Source of the DNA: Spirochaetia bacterium
Lineage (GTDB): Bacteria > Spirochaetota > Spirochaetia > DSM-2461
NCBI GenBank assembly: GCA_963666985.2
Contig: CAXXIA010000002.1
Span: 2,176,001 to 2,240,000, forward strand
Length of the DNA stretch: 64,000 bases
Direction of reading: 5' to 3'
Shown here: positions 49,462-58,580 of the stretch, piece after piece
Layout: the number at the start of each line of letters is the position of its first letter
Numbering within the stretch: the stretch's first letter is position 1
The notes under the pieces: model-generated
Database searches by the model: none
What the model saw: only the letters and a program-made list of their open reading frames with translations
Told to the model about the DNA's origin: nothing
Position numbers and translations under genes: made by a program

Positions 49462-50433
49462 TCAGTCCTTATCCCGGAGAAAACATCTTACGGCATGTCC
49501 GTTTCCCAGATCCTTCAGGGGCGGTATTCGCTGAAAGCATGATTCAACAGAAAGCTTGCACCGAGGATTGAATTTGCATCCTACCGGAAGATCCGTCGGA
49601 TCCGGCATCATACCGGCGATGGGATTGAGCCGTTTAACCTTTTTCGCTAAAGAAGGAATCGATTCCAGTAAACCTATGGTATAGGGATGCTGAGGATTCT
49701 TGAAAATTTGCTGAATAGTTCCGGTTTCAACGATTTCTCCGGCATAAATTACAGCGACCCTATCACAGTTTTGTGCCACCACTCCCAGATCATGAGTAAT
49801 AAGAAGCATGGCCGCGTTTGTTTGTTCTTTCAGCTTTCCAATCATTTCCAGAATTTGAGCCTGAATGGTAACGTCGAGTGCCGTTGTCGGTTCGTCGGCG
49901 ATGAGAAGTTTTGGATTACATGCCAGAGATATGGCAATAATTACCCGTTGTTTCATGCCGCCGGAGAATTGATGCGGGTATTCATTAATACGATCCGAAG
50001 AGATGCCGACCAGTTCCAGCATTTCCCGGGCTTTGTTTTTTAATTGATCTTTTGAAAGCTGCGGGTTATGAACGGAAATAACTTCTTCAATTTGATCTCC
50101 CACAGTCAGTATGGGATTAAGACTTGTCATGGGATCCTGAAAAATCATGGAAACGGATTTTCCTCGGACCTTCAGCATTTCCAATTCATTCAACCGGAGT
50201 AAATCTCGGTTTTCAAGAAATACGGATCCCTCAACAATCTTTCCGGGCGGAGAGGGAATAAGACGCATAATAGAGCGGGCAAGGGTTGTTTTCCCCGCGC
50301 CGGTTTCACCCACCAGGCCAAGTGTTTCTCCTTCCCGCACTTCTAGAGACACTTGGTTTAATGCCTGAACCGTACCGTCATCCGTTTTATAGTGAACCGT
50401 AAGATTCCGTACTCTTAAAAAAGCTTCATCCAT
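49462..50433 (-). CDS. Peptide ABC ATPase (OppD/DppD-like)
   Basis: [27 protein letters not shown]. Likely start MDEAF at 50433; track start is 50448. Confidence 0.92.
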   Translation of the reverse strand: MDEAFLRVRNLTVHYKTDDGTVQALNQVSLEVREGETLGLVGETGAGKTTLARSIMRLIPSPPGKIVEGSVFLENRDLLRLNELEMLKVRGKSVSMIFQDPMTSLNPILTVGDQIEEVISVHNPQLSKDQLKNKAREMLELVGISSDRINEYPHQFSGGMKQRVIIAISLACNPKLLIADEPTTALDVTIQAQILEMIGKLKEQTNAAMLLITHDLGVVAQNCDRVAVIYAGEIVETGTIQQIFKNPQHPYTIGLLESIPSLAKKVKRLNPIAGMMPDPTDLPVGCKFNPRCKLSVESCFQRIPPLKDLGNGHAVRCFLRDKD

Positions 50434-50444
50434 GACGCATCTCC

Positions 50445-51329
50445 TCAATTCTTCAGGTGAGGATCAAGGGCGTCGCGAAGACCGTCACCCATAACATTCA
50501 GCGCCAGAATATTCAGCATGATGCCAAGACCCGGTATTACCGTAATATGCCATCCCTGACGAATATATGTTCGGGCATTTGAGAGCATGGATCCCCACTC
50601 CGGCGTAGGCGGCTGAATACCGAGTCCCAGAAAGGAAAGTCCGGCAATTGAAAGAATAGCCCCGGCTACGCCAAGAGTCGCCTGAACAATAAGCGGAGCC
50701 AGAGAATTGGGGATGATGTATTTGAATATAATTCTCCCGTCTCCGGCCCCCAGAGCCCGGGCCGCCTCAATAAACTCCTGATCTTTAATAGTGAGAACCG
50801 ACGCGCGGACGGTTCGAGCGAATGTCGGTATATAACTGATGGCAATCGCAATCAGCAGATTTACTAAGCTCGTACCCAAAGCCGCAACAATGGCGGTGGC
50901 GAGCAGCATCGATGGAATTGCAAGAAGGATATCCATAAAGCGCATAATGAAATTATCCGTAATCTTGCCGTGGTATCCCGACAAAGCCCCCAGTACACCG
51001 CCGATTACCGCGGACATTGCGATTGCGATTGTTCCCATAAAGAGGGAATAACGAATCCCCCAAATCATGCGGAGAAGAATATCGCGGCCGAATTCGTCCA
51101 GACCAAAAATATGTTCCCTGCTGGGCCCTTTGAGTCTTAGGCGCAAATTCTGTTTGATAACGTGGTTATTATAGAAACTGTTGTGTGTCGTAATATCTAT
51201 TGCAATGGTGATAAGTGCTGTCAGTATCATGATGAGAAGGAACACCATACCGATGAGCGCCAATCGGTTTTTCTTAAACCGCCGCCATGTTTCCCCCCCC
51301 AGGGAACGAACTTTCGTTGTCTCGCTCAT
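50445..51329 (-). CDS. Peptide ABC permease (OppC/DppC-like)
   Basis: FGLDEFGRD, EAARALGA, GDGLRDALDP. Confidence 0.92.
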   Translation of the reverse strand: MSETTKVRSLGGETWRRFKKNRLALIGMVFLLIMILTALITIAIDITTHNSFYNNHVIKQNLRLRLKGPSREHIFGLDEFGRDILLRMIWGIRYSLFMGTIAIAMSAVIGGVLGALSGYHGKITDNFIMRFMDILLAIPSMLLATAIVAALGTSLVNLLIAIAISYIPTFARTVRASVLTIKDQEFIEAARALGAGDGRIIFKYIIPNSLAPLIVQATLGVAGAILSIAGLSFLGLGIQPPTPEWGSMLSNARTYIRQGWHITVIPGLGIMLNILALNVMGDGLRDALDPHLKN

Positions 51330-52300
51330 AGCGCCGTTCCTCTCTTTTTAAGGCCGGCGGCTTTGTATTGACTCTTTATACGCGGATCGATAAACGCATA
51401 CAGAATATCTACAATCATGTTTACAAACGAAAACATAACCGCCATGAAAATTACCGATCCGAGAACCATCGGTATGTCTTTACTGGTAATGGAATCCACC
51501 ATCAGCCGACCGAGTCCCGGCCAGGAAAAAACAGTCTCCGTAAGCATGGCTCCTCCAAGGAGCAGACCGAACTGGAGTCCCACGGCGGTAATAATCGGGA
51601 TCATGGCGTTTTTAAGCATGTGATGGCGGGTAACGATTTTTTCGGATATTCCTTTGGCGCGTGCGGTTGAAATATAATCCTGACGGATAACTTCAAGCAT
51701 GGATGACCGGGTCATCCGCACCACGGTGGCCGCCGCTCCCGTTCCGAGCGTAACGGCAGGAAGAATCAGACTTTTCAGCATAGGAATTAATCCCTCTCCC
51801 ATCCCCTGAGAGGGCAGTAATCGCAGCTTAAGGGCGAATAAAAGTGATAATAGGAGACCGAGCCAGAAATTCGGCATTGATACACCTATAAGCGACAGAA
51901 TCATTGCCGAGTTATCGACAACGGTATATTGTTTCTTCGCGGATAAGATTCCAACCGGAATGCCAATCAGGAGTGCTACAAAAATTCCCGCAACCGCAAG
52001 GATGGCCGTATTGGGGAATTTGTCCCAAACCTGCTGAGCGACACTGATTTGATTTTTATAAGATGTACCCAGATCTCCATGAAGCATATTTTTCATGTAG
52101 TTGAAATAACGAACCACTATCGGGTCATTCAATCCCAGTTCTATTCGCTTAAGAGCCAGCGCTTCTGCACTGGCCTGATCACCGAGGATGATGGCGGCAG
52201 GATCGCCTGGGGTTAATGCCATTATAAAAAAGACAATAAAGGTTACGCCTAAGAGAACGGGGATCATTAAAAGAAGTCGTTTGAGGATATATTTCCACAT
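51326..52300 (-). CDS. Peptide ABC permease (OppB/DppB-like)
   Basis: PGDPA, DYISTARAKG, ETVFSWPGLG. Likely start MWKY at 52300; track start is 52330. Confidence 0.92.
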   Translation of the reverse strand: MWKYILKRLLLMIPVLLGVTFIVFFIMALTPGDPAAIILGDQASAEALALKRIELGLNDPIVVRYFNYMKNMLHGDLGTSYKNQISVAQQVWDKFPNTAILAVAGIFVALLIGIPVGILSAKKQYTVVDNSAMILSLIGVSMPNFWLGLLLSLLFALKLRLLPSQGMGEGLIPMLKSLILPAVTLGTGAAATVVRMTRSSMLEVIRQDYISTARAKGISEKIVTRHHMLKNAMIPIITAVGLQFGLLLGGAMLTETVFSWPGLGRLMVDSITSKDIPMVLGSVIFMAVMFSFVNMIVDILYAFIDPRIKSQYKAAGLKKRGTAL

Positions 52301-52328
52301 CGAAAGCTCCCGTGGACAAGTCCAGGGC

Positions 52329-52386
52329 ATAATATCGGAAAGAGGCTATATCGTCAATTAATACTATAATTTATAGTAATTACTAC
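52329..52386 (-). promoter_or_regulatory. Sigma70 promoter with adjacent palindromes (candidate RpiR operator)
   Basis: Minus strand TTGACG (52357-52352), N17, TATTAT. Palindromes TACTATAATTTATAGTA (52362-52378) and TAGTAATTACTA (52374-52385). Confidence 0.6.
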
Positions 52387-52411
52387 ATTTTTTTATGACT
52401 GAAAGCGGAAC

Positions 52412-53278
52412 TCAATCCGTTTTTGTCGTAAACAGACGCAGGTATTCTTCATACTGATCGGCGGCGGTTTTTTGCTGCTGACTTTCAATTTCTTTTTGAT
52501 CGGCCATGAAGAGTATGGCGATTACATCAATCATGGCCATGATTGATGTTGGAGAATTGGTCATTCCCATTAATTCGGTAGGACAGATGAGACTGGCTTC
52601 CGCCATGGAAGCCAAAGGAGAGAAAGGGCTGTCGGTGATGGCCGCCACAGGTATTTTTCGGGATAGACACATACGGGCTGTGGCTAAAGTATTTTTGCCG
52701 TATGGAGGAGTGGATATGGCAATAAGAAGATTATCTTCCGGGACACAGCCCAGAAGCCGGAATATTGTTTTTTGCGGATTATCCATATCCAGGGAATTGA
52801 TATCCACCCCGAGTAGAGTAAGTCTGTGGCAAATCGCTATTGAGAACAATCGGCTGATACCATGAGCGGCAACAAATACCCGTTTTGCTTTTCGGATCAG
52901 ATTGATAAAATCCCGTATCTGTTCCGGACCGTTATGTTCAAAGGTCTGTTTGAGCGCTTTCATTTCCGATTTGACGATTTCTTTGATTAACTCATCCCAA
53001 TTCCCGTTTTGTCTGCCTAATTCTTTCATTCGGTCCACGGGGCGGGTCCATTTCAGCATGTGAGACTGAAGAGCTTTTCTGAATTCGATATATCTTTCTT
53101 GTCCCAGAAACCGGCAGAAATTGAGAACCGTTACTTCGGTGGACTGAGTTTCCCGAGCGAATTCATGAAGAGTCAGAAAACAGCATTTCGTCGGATTATC
53201 CAGAATATAGGACGCAATACGCTTTCTGGTTTTATTATAGGTTGAGAAATCTGTTTTAATTTGTTCAATGATATCCAC
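52412..53278 (-). CDS. MurR/RpiR family regulator (HTH + SIS domain)
   Basis: RIASYILDNP, TVLNFCRFLG, AITDSPFSPLA. Confidence 0.88.
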   Translation of the reverse strand: MDIIEQIKTDFSTYNKTRKRIASYILDNPTKCCFLTLHEFARETQSTEVTVLNFCRFLGQERYIEFRKALQSHMLKWTRPVDRMKELGRQNGNWDELIKEIVKSEMKALKQTFEHNGPEQIRDFINLIRKAKRVFVAAHGISRLFSIAICHRLTLLGVDINSLDMDNPQKTIFRLLGCVPEDNLLIAISTPPYGKNTLATARMCLSRKIPVAAITDSPFSPLASMAEASLICPTELMGMTNSPTSIMAMIDVIAILFMADQKEIESQQQKTAADQYEEYLRLFTTKTD

Positions 53279-53499
53279 CGCAATCTCCGTTACAACACCT
53301 CATTTGAATGTGACTTATATTATCAATAATAATTGATGTGGAAAGGTTTCATGTATTTCAAAGCCGCATTCAAACAATGAAGAAATACTTTCTTTAGGAC
53401 AAGTTGTCAGTTTCCTATTCAATTTTTCGAGCAATGAATTTTTCTGAAATGAAATATCCTTTTCAGATTTCATGAGCTCCGGCCGTTTTCTTCGGCATG

Positions 53500-53556
53500 A
53501 TCTAACCGAAACCTGCCCGTTTCCTAACCACTTCTTCATGGAATCCGTGCGATCGT
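53500..53556 (+). promoter_or_regulatory. Right copy of the direct repeat; candidate PHO-box-like promoter of phnG
   Basis: CTAACC (53502), CTGCCC (53513), CTAACC (53524), TTCATG (53535) at 11-bp spacing, directly upstream of phnG. Confidence 0.6.
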
Positions 53557-53562
53557 GCCGTA

Positions 53563-53988
53563 ATGAAGCGCCGACTCCGTACGCGAATTCTTATTGATGG
53601 TTCTCCCGATCTCCTCCGTCGGCTTTCGGCGGAAGCGGAGTCCTCCCACGATGTCAGGGATGTTGATGATCCCTCCGGCGGACTCGTGATGATGCGGCTC
53701 CGGGATACGGCACGGAAAGATGCCTTTTATCTCGGTGAGATTCTTGTAACCGAAGCCAAGGTCCGCATCGGCGGAACTTTGGGACTCGGACTGATCCGCG
53801 GCGACCGGCCGGAAGAGGCCAGGAGGCTCGCCGTCGTGGACGCAGCGTTCAATGCGAATTCTCCGCTGATTGCCGACTGGATTCCCCTTCTGGAAGAAGA
53901 AGATCTCCGAATAGTCCGAGAAAAGAGCCGCGAAGCGGCGGAGATCCTCAAAACCCGGGTGGATTTCTCCACGATGGAGTCGTTCTGA
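53563..53988 (+). CDS. phnG: C-P lyase subunit PhnG
   Basis: GLVMMRLRD, FYLGEILVTEA, AVVDAA; first gene of the phn operon. Confidence 0.9.
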   Translation: MKRRLRTRILIDGSPDLLRRLSAEAESSHDVRDVDDPSGGLVMMRLRDTARKDAFYLGEILVTEAKVRIGGTLGLGLIRGDRPEEARRLAVVDAAFNANSPLIADWIPLLEEEDLRIVREKSREAAEILKTRVDFSTMESF

Positions 53989-54767
53989 TGAAGCTGGATA
54001 GAGTGCACGATTTGCAGGACGTTTTTCGGAAAATGGTTACGGCTCACAGTTTTCCGGGACGCATCCTGTCCATTGAATCGGTTATGAGCGGTATTGATAA
54101 AGATTTGCCGCTTCCGGCTCATCTGTGCGTGATTGCGTTAACGCTGCTGGATGCCGAAACAGGATTTGCCGTTGTATCGGCCCGGTCCGACGAACAGGTG
54201 CGCTTGATCAGTCAGCTGACTTATGCGCGTTCGGTTCCTTTGGACGAGGCAGATTTTCTTTTTGCAAAATCCGGTGATGAATACGTTCTTTCCGCTCTGG
54301 ACGCCGCGAAGGAAGGAACCCTGGAAGATCCCCATAAAGGCGCCACGGTGATTATGGAAGTGGCGGGAATGTGTTCCGACGATCCGGCTAATTATGATGA
54401 AGCGAGTGGTGCCGATGAAGCGGCGGCGCTCGCCGATGTTTCCGGTACTCCCGGGAACCGGCCGTTTAATGGCGATTCATTATCCGGCGGCGAAAGTTCA
54501 GAAAGTTTCCAAAGCGCCGAGGGAAGGGCTACGGCACTCGGGAGCACGGTAAGCACTGATTGGCCCGAGTGGATTCTCACCGGCCCCGGCATCGAGACGG
54601 AGAAGAGACTGCGTGTGGCCGGTTCTCCCAAGTGGGCTGAAATCCGTGCCGTGAGGAATAAAGAATTTCCTTTGGGTGTGGATTGTATTCTGATTGATCC
54701 GACGGGCCGGATGGCCGCGCTGCCTCGAACAACGAAGATGAAGCGCGTTGAAGAGGGGGCCGCCTGA
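53988..54767 (+). CDS. phnH: C-P lyase subunit PhnH (with ~60-aa insertion)
   Basis: TLLDAE, GTLEDPHKGAT, GPGI, FPLGVD, ALPRTT. Confidence 0.9.
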   Translation: MKLDRVHDLQDVFRKMVTAHSFPGRILSIESVMSGIDKDLPLPAHLCVIALTLLDAETGFAVVSARSDEQVRLISQLTYARSVPLDEADFLFAKSGDEYVLSALDAAKEGTLEDPHKGATVIMEVAGMCSDDPANYDEASGADEAAALADVSGTPGNRPFNGDSLSGGESSESFQSAEGRATALGSTVSTDWPEWILTGPGIETEKRLRVAGSPKWAEIRAVRNKEFPLGVDCILIDPTGRMAALPRTTKMKRVEEGAA

Positions 54768-56407
54768 TGGGATATGTTGCGGTTAAGGGCGGTTCCGAGG
54801 CGATAGAGGCCTCATTGCAGCGGCTGAAAAGACAGCGCTTGGAAGAGGGCGTTCTTCTGGATGCGGCGGCCGTTCGCGGGGGAATGAAGGTTCTGATTGA
54901 TCAGGTGATGGCCGAGGCCAGTCTGTATGATGAAACAACCGCTTCGGTGGCGATAAAACAGGCCGAGGGGAGTCCCGAGGAGGCCGTTTTTCTGCTCCGG
55001 GCCTTTCGGTCCACTCTGCCGAGGCTGCACTACAGCCGGGAGACTCTCACTGAAGGGATGTGGGTGGAACGCCGCATCTCGGCCAGCTTCAAGGACATCC
55101 CCGGCGGCCAGATTTTGGGAACGAGTCCCGACTACAGTCATCGGCTTCTTGATTTTGACTTGATGGATGAAACCGAGGAGGATGTCCGCCGGTTTCTGGA
55201 GGAAGCACGGGAAGCCTTGGCCGCCGAGTCGGCGGAATCTGTTAAGGGAGATTTGTCTGGGGGCGGCCTTTCCTATGCTGGTTGTGCCGGTTCGGAAGCC
55301 GCCGAATACGCTCCCGGTACCATCGGCGGCCGTGCCTTTGCCGACGAACGCACCTCAGTGGATCTTTCCAAACTTCCAAAGGTTATTGACTACCTGCGGC
55401 GCGAAGGCTTGATGGCCGAACCTCCCCTCTCGAATAAGGAACCAAAAGACATTACCCAGGAAACTCTCACTTTCCCCACCCATCGCGCCGAGCGGCTTCA
55501 AATTCTTGCTCGGGGACAGACCGGTGCGGTAACGGCCTTCGGTTATGCCGCTCTGCGCGGCTACGGCGCGGTTCTGCATCCCACGGTCGGGGAGCTTCGA
55601 GTGGGTCGTCTGCCGCTGACCATCCCCGATCCTTATGCCGTCCGAAGTGGAGCGGCGGCTGAGGCTTCCGGTGCGAAAGACGTCAAGGCTAACACCGATT
55701 CCAGCGACGAATCGGGACAAGCCGTCTCAAACTCCGCCGACTTCGCACATTCCGGCGGCGCGCCTGCCGGGGCCGCTTCCACCCCCGCCTCCGCGATTCC
55801 CGTGCCTTCCGCAGCCGACGATCCGGAAGACGACTACTACATCGGAGAAATCCTCGTTACGGAAGTGGAGAGTCTTATCCCCGTTCCGGTGAAGAGGCCG
55901 CACGGCCGAACGGAAATCGAGTTTGCCCTGGGCTACGGCATCTGTTTCGGCCGGAATGAAACCAAGGCCATCGCCATGAGTATTCTGGATTTTAATCTGA
56001 CCGACGGCGACAAGGAATCGGCCGTAGGCGATGAAGAACTCATCCTGCTTCATGTGGATTCGGTGGAAGCAACCGGATTCATCAGTCACTTGAAACTGCC
56101 TCACTACGTCACCTTCCAGTCCAAACTCGACAGCGTCAGAAAGGCCCGCTCGGAAGGAGGCTCCAAGGATTCCGCTTCGGCCGATTCCAAGAGCGGCGGC
56201 AGTGCCGGCAGTGCTTCCGGCGGAGCAGGGAGCTCGGAAGGCTCGGAGGGCGCTGCCTCCGGCGCCGCTTCAAACGAATCCGGCACGGCGGCTGAACAGC
56301 AGGGGCCAAACCAGGCCGCCGCTGCAGGCAAGTCTTCCGCCGCCTTTGCCGCACCCAAGGTTGGGGGTGCCCGAAACGGCGGATTTCCGGAAGGAGGCCG
56401 GGCGTGA
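54767..56407 (+). CDS. phnI: C-P lyase subunit PhnI (two insertions and a long tail)
   Basis: YVAVKGG, RAFRSTL, RRISASFKDIPGGQILG, HPTVGELR, GFISHLKLPHYVTFQS. Confidence 0.93.
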   Translation: MGYVAVKGGSEAIEASLQRLKRQRLEEGVLLDAAAVRGGMKVLIDQVMAEASLYDETTASVAIKQAEGSPEEAVFLLRAFRSTLPRLHYSRETLTEGMWVERRISASFKDIPGGQILGTSPDYSHRLLDFDLMDETEEDVRRFLEEAREALAAESAESVKGDLSGGGLSYAGCAGSEAAEYAPGTIGGRAFADERTSVDLSKLPKVIDYLRREGLMAEPPLSNKEPKDITQETLTFPTHRAERLQILARGQTGAVTAFGYAALRGYGAVLHPTVGELRVGRLPLTIPDPYAVRSGAAAEASGAKDVKANTDSSDESGQAVSNSADFAHSGGAPAGAASTPASAIPVPSAADDPEDDYYIGEILVTEVESLIPVPVKRPHGRTEIEFALGYGICFGRNETKAIAMSILDFNLTDGDKESAVGDEELILLHVDSVEATGFISHLKLPHYVTFQSKLDSVRKARSEGGSKDSASADSKSGGSAGSASGGAGSSEGSEGAASGAASNESGTAAEQQGPNQAAAAGKSSAAFAAPKVGGARNGGFPEGGRA

Positions 56408-57246
56408 AACAGCATTATAACTTTGCTTACTTCGACGAAGGATCGAAACGGGAAATCCGGCGGGCTCTCCTCAAAGGCATCTGCATTCCCGGATACCAGG
56501 TTCCCTTCGCCTCCCGCGAAATGCCCATTGCCCGCGGCTGGGGAACCGGCGGCCTGCAGATTACCCTGTCGCTTATCGGCCGGAACGATGTCTTGAAAGT
56601 CATCGACCAGGGCGACGATGAATCGGTGAACGCGGTGAATATCAAGAGATTGGTGACCGGGGTCACCAATGTGAAAACCACCGACGCAACCGAAGAGGCG
56701 AACCTCATCCAGTCACGGCATCGAATCCCCGAGAAACCTCTCAGGGAAGATCAGATCATGATTCTTCAGGTTCCTCTTCCCGAGCCGCTTCGCTGGGTGG
56801 AGCCTTCCGAAGCCGTAACCAAGCGGCTTCATGCCGAAAAGGACTATACGGGCGCGTATCTGATTCTCTTCGAGGAAATCATGCGATACGGTCGGGTCAG
56901 CACCGGCGCCGATCATCCGGTGATGGTGGAAGACCGCTACGTGATGGCGCCCAGTCCCATCCCCCGTTTCGACAATCCCAAGCTGCACTCATCGCGTGCC
57001 CTCATCCTGCTCGGGGCGGGCCGCGAGAAGAAAATCTATGCCGTACCGCCTTACACCAAGGTTGTTTCGCTGGCCTTCGAGGATCATCCCTTTGAAACCG
57101 AGGTTGACGATTCCAAGGTCTGTGAGCTTTGCGGGGCCGTCGGAGTCTTTATGGATGAACTTGTTGACCCCGCCGGCGGCCCGACGAAGTACCGCTGCAA
57201 CGATACGAGCCATTGTCTTGATCGCCGCAACAGGGAGGCGGTATGA
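56404..57246 (+). CDS. phnJ: Radical-SAM C-P lyase PhnJ
   Basis: IPGYQVPFASREMP, PSPIPRFD, GAGREKK, and four Cys in CELC...CNDTSHC. Confidence 0.95.
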   Translation: MKQHYNFAYFDEGSKREIRRALLKGICIPGYQVPFASREMPIARGWGTGGLQITLSLIGRNDVLKVIDQGDDESVNAVNIKRLVTGVTNVKTTDATEEANLIQSRHRIPEKPLREDQIMILQVPLPEPLRWVEPSEAVTKRLHAEKDYTGAYLILFEEIMRYGRVSTGADHPVMVEDRYVMAPSPIPRFDNPKLHSSRALILLGAGREKKIYAVPPYTKVVSLAFEDHPFETEVDDSKVCELCGAVGVFMDELVDPAGGPTKYRCNDTSHCLDRRNREAV

Positions 57247-58415
57247 GCGCCGTGAATACTCTTGAGCAAACAAAAGCCGCCGCCATCGCCGCCGAAGATG
57301 CGCCTATCCTCCGCGTGGAGGGGCTTTCACGTATGTACGGTTCCGGCTGCAAGTACTGTCTTCCTGCCGGCGGCCGGGGACCGCGGGTATCAGCAGGCGG
57401 CGGCACATCGGACGCTTCTAAAGCGGCCGCGGCCCAATCCGCTCACGCCGCCGCCGACACCGGGTCCGCCGCACATCCCGGCATAGCTGCCGGCTCTGGC
57501 GCAACCGGCAATGCGACAAGCTCCGCCGCACGCGAATCCGGCGGCCCCCCGCCGTTTTCTTCCGCCGGCGGCCAGGAATCGCACGAATCGCTAAGAGGCG
57601 GAACGGGTGTTAACGGAATGGCCGCTGATAACAATACCTCAGAATCCCAAACCCCGCCGTCCGTCCTGGAAAAAAACTGGTGCCCTCACTGCGGAACCGT
57701 TCATGCGGCCTCCGACGTTTCGTTTTCCGTGTACCCCGGAGAAGTCCTGGGCATCGTCGGCGAATCCGGCAGCGGCAAGTCCACGGTGATGAACTGCCTC
57801 TACTTCGACGACGAGCCTACCTCGGGCGCGGCCTATTTAACCAATTGGGATGAAGGACTCACCGACATCTTCTCCGTCTCCGGCCAGGCCAAACGGCGAA
57901 TCCGGAACGAGATGATGGGCAAGGTCTACCAGAATCCTCTTATGGGCCTGAAAATGCGGTTTTCCGCCATGGCCAACATCGCCGAGAAACTCATCGCCGC
58001 CGGAGATCGGAATGTCGGCCGCATGGAAACCCGAGCCTTTGAGCTTCTGGAACATGTGAACATTCCCTCTTTCCGCATGAAGGACGCTCCGGTCAATTTT
58101 TCCGGCGGGATGCAGCAGCGGGTTCAGATCGCCAAGGCCCTTTCCAACAATCCGCCCCTTCTTCTGCTGGACGAGGTCACCACGGGGCTGGACGTTTCCG
58201 TGCAGGCCAAAGTGCTCGATCTCATCAAGGCCATTCAGCGGGAACTCGGCGTGAGCATGCTTCTGGTGTCGCACGATTTGGGCATTATCCGGATGCTCGC
58301 CGACCGGACTCTTGTGATGCTCAACGGCCGCGTTATCGAGCGCGGTCTGACCGACCAGATCCTGGAAGATCCGCAGGAACCGTATACGCAGGAACTGGTC
58401 CAGTCCTTACTGTAG
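57243..58415 (+). CDS. phnK: C-P lyase ATPase PhnK (CxxC..CxxC type, ~100-aa insertion)
   Basis: GESGSGKS, FSGGMQQRVQIA, DEVTTGLDVSVQA, GLTDQILEDP. Confidence 0.92.
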   Translation: MSAVNTLEQTKAAAIAAEDAPILRVEGLSRMYGSGCKYCLPAGGRGPRVSAGGGTSDASKAAAAQSAHAAADTGSAAHPGIAAGSGATGNATSSAARESGGPPPFSSAGGQESHESLRGGTGVNGMAADNNTSESQTPPSVLEKNWCPHCGTVHAASDVSFSVYPGEVLGIVGESGSGKSTVMNCLYFDDEPTSGAAYLTNWDEGLTDIFSVSGQAKRRIRNEMMGKVYQNPLMGLKMRFSAMANIAEKLIAAGDRNVGRMETRAFELLEHVNIPSFRMKDAPVNFSGGMQQRVQIAKALSNNPPLLLLDEVTTGLDVSVQAKVLDLIKAIQRELGVSMLLVSHDLGIIRMLADRTLVMLNGRVIERGLTDQILEDPQEPYTQELVQSLL

Positions 58416-58555
58416 GAGGCTACTGAAAATGACCTTTGGCTTGGATACTGCGTTGAATCAATGCTCGAAATGCTCACGTACTTCCAGTACGCAGCGCTTT
58501 CTGTGCTTGATTCTGTCTTATCTCCAAGCCAAATCTCTATTTCCAGTAGTCTCCT
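58414..58555. mobile_element. MITE/REP-like palindromic element (copy B) between phnK and phnM
   Basis: Terminal inverted repeat AGGAGGCTACTGAAAAT / ATTTCCAGTAGTCTCCT (15/17); core TGCTCGAAATGCTCA..GCGCTTTC shared with 41405-41565. Confidence 0.75.
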
Positions 58556-58580
58556 TGGGATTTCAAAGGAGATGCGATTT

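Larger units (their letters stand above)
43843..53499. mobile_element. AT-rich genomic island 2 (RpiR, peptide ABC, creatininase-like, M42 peptidase, DegT-like)
   Basis: Visibly AT-richer than flanks and bounded by direct repeats; no integrase or transposase inside. Confidence 0.7.

Noticed and set aside
54378..57662. Inteins or introns as the source of the Phn insertions
   Set aside because: No C/S...HN splice motifs, endonuclease domain or stop codons; the segments are low-complexity.
58461..58580. N-terminal extension of PhnM in the ORF track
   Set aside because: It reads through the palindromic element; an AAGGAG RBS and PhnM-like sequence begin at about 58572-58581.
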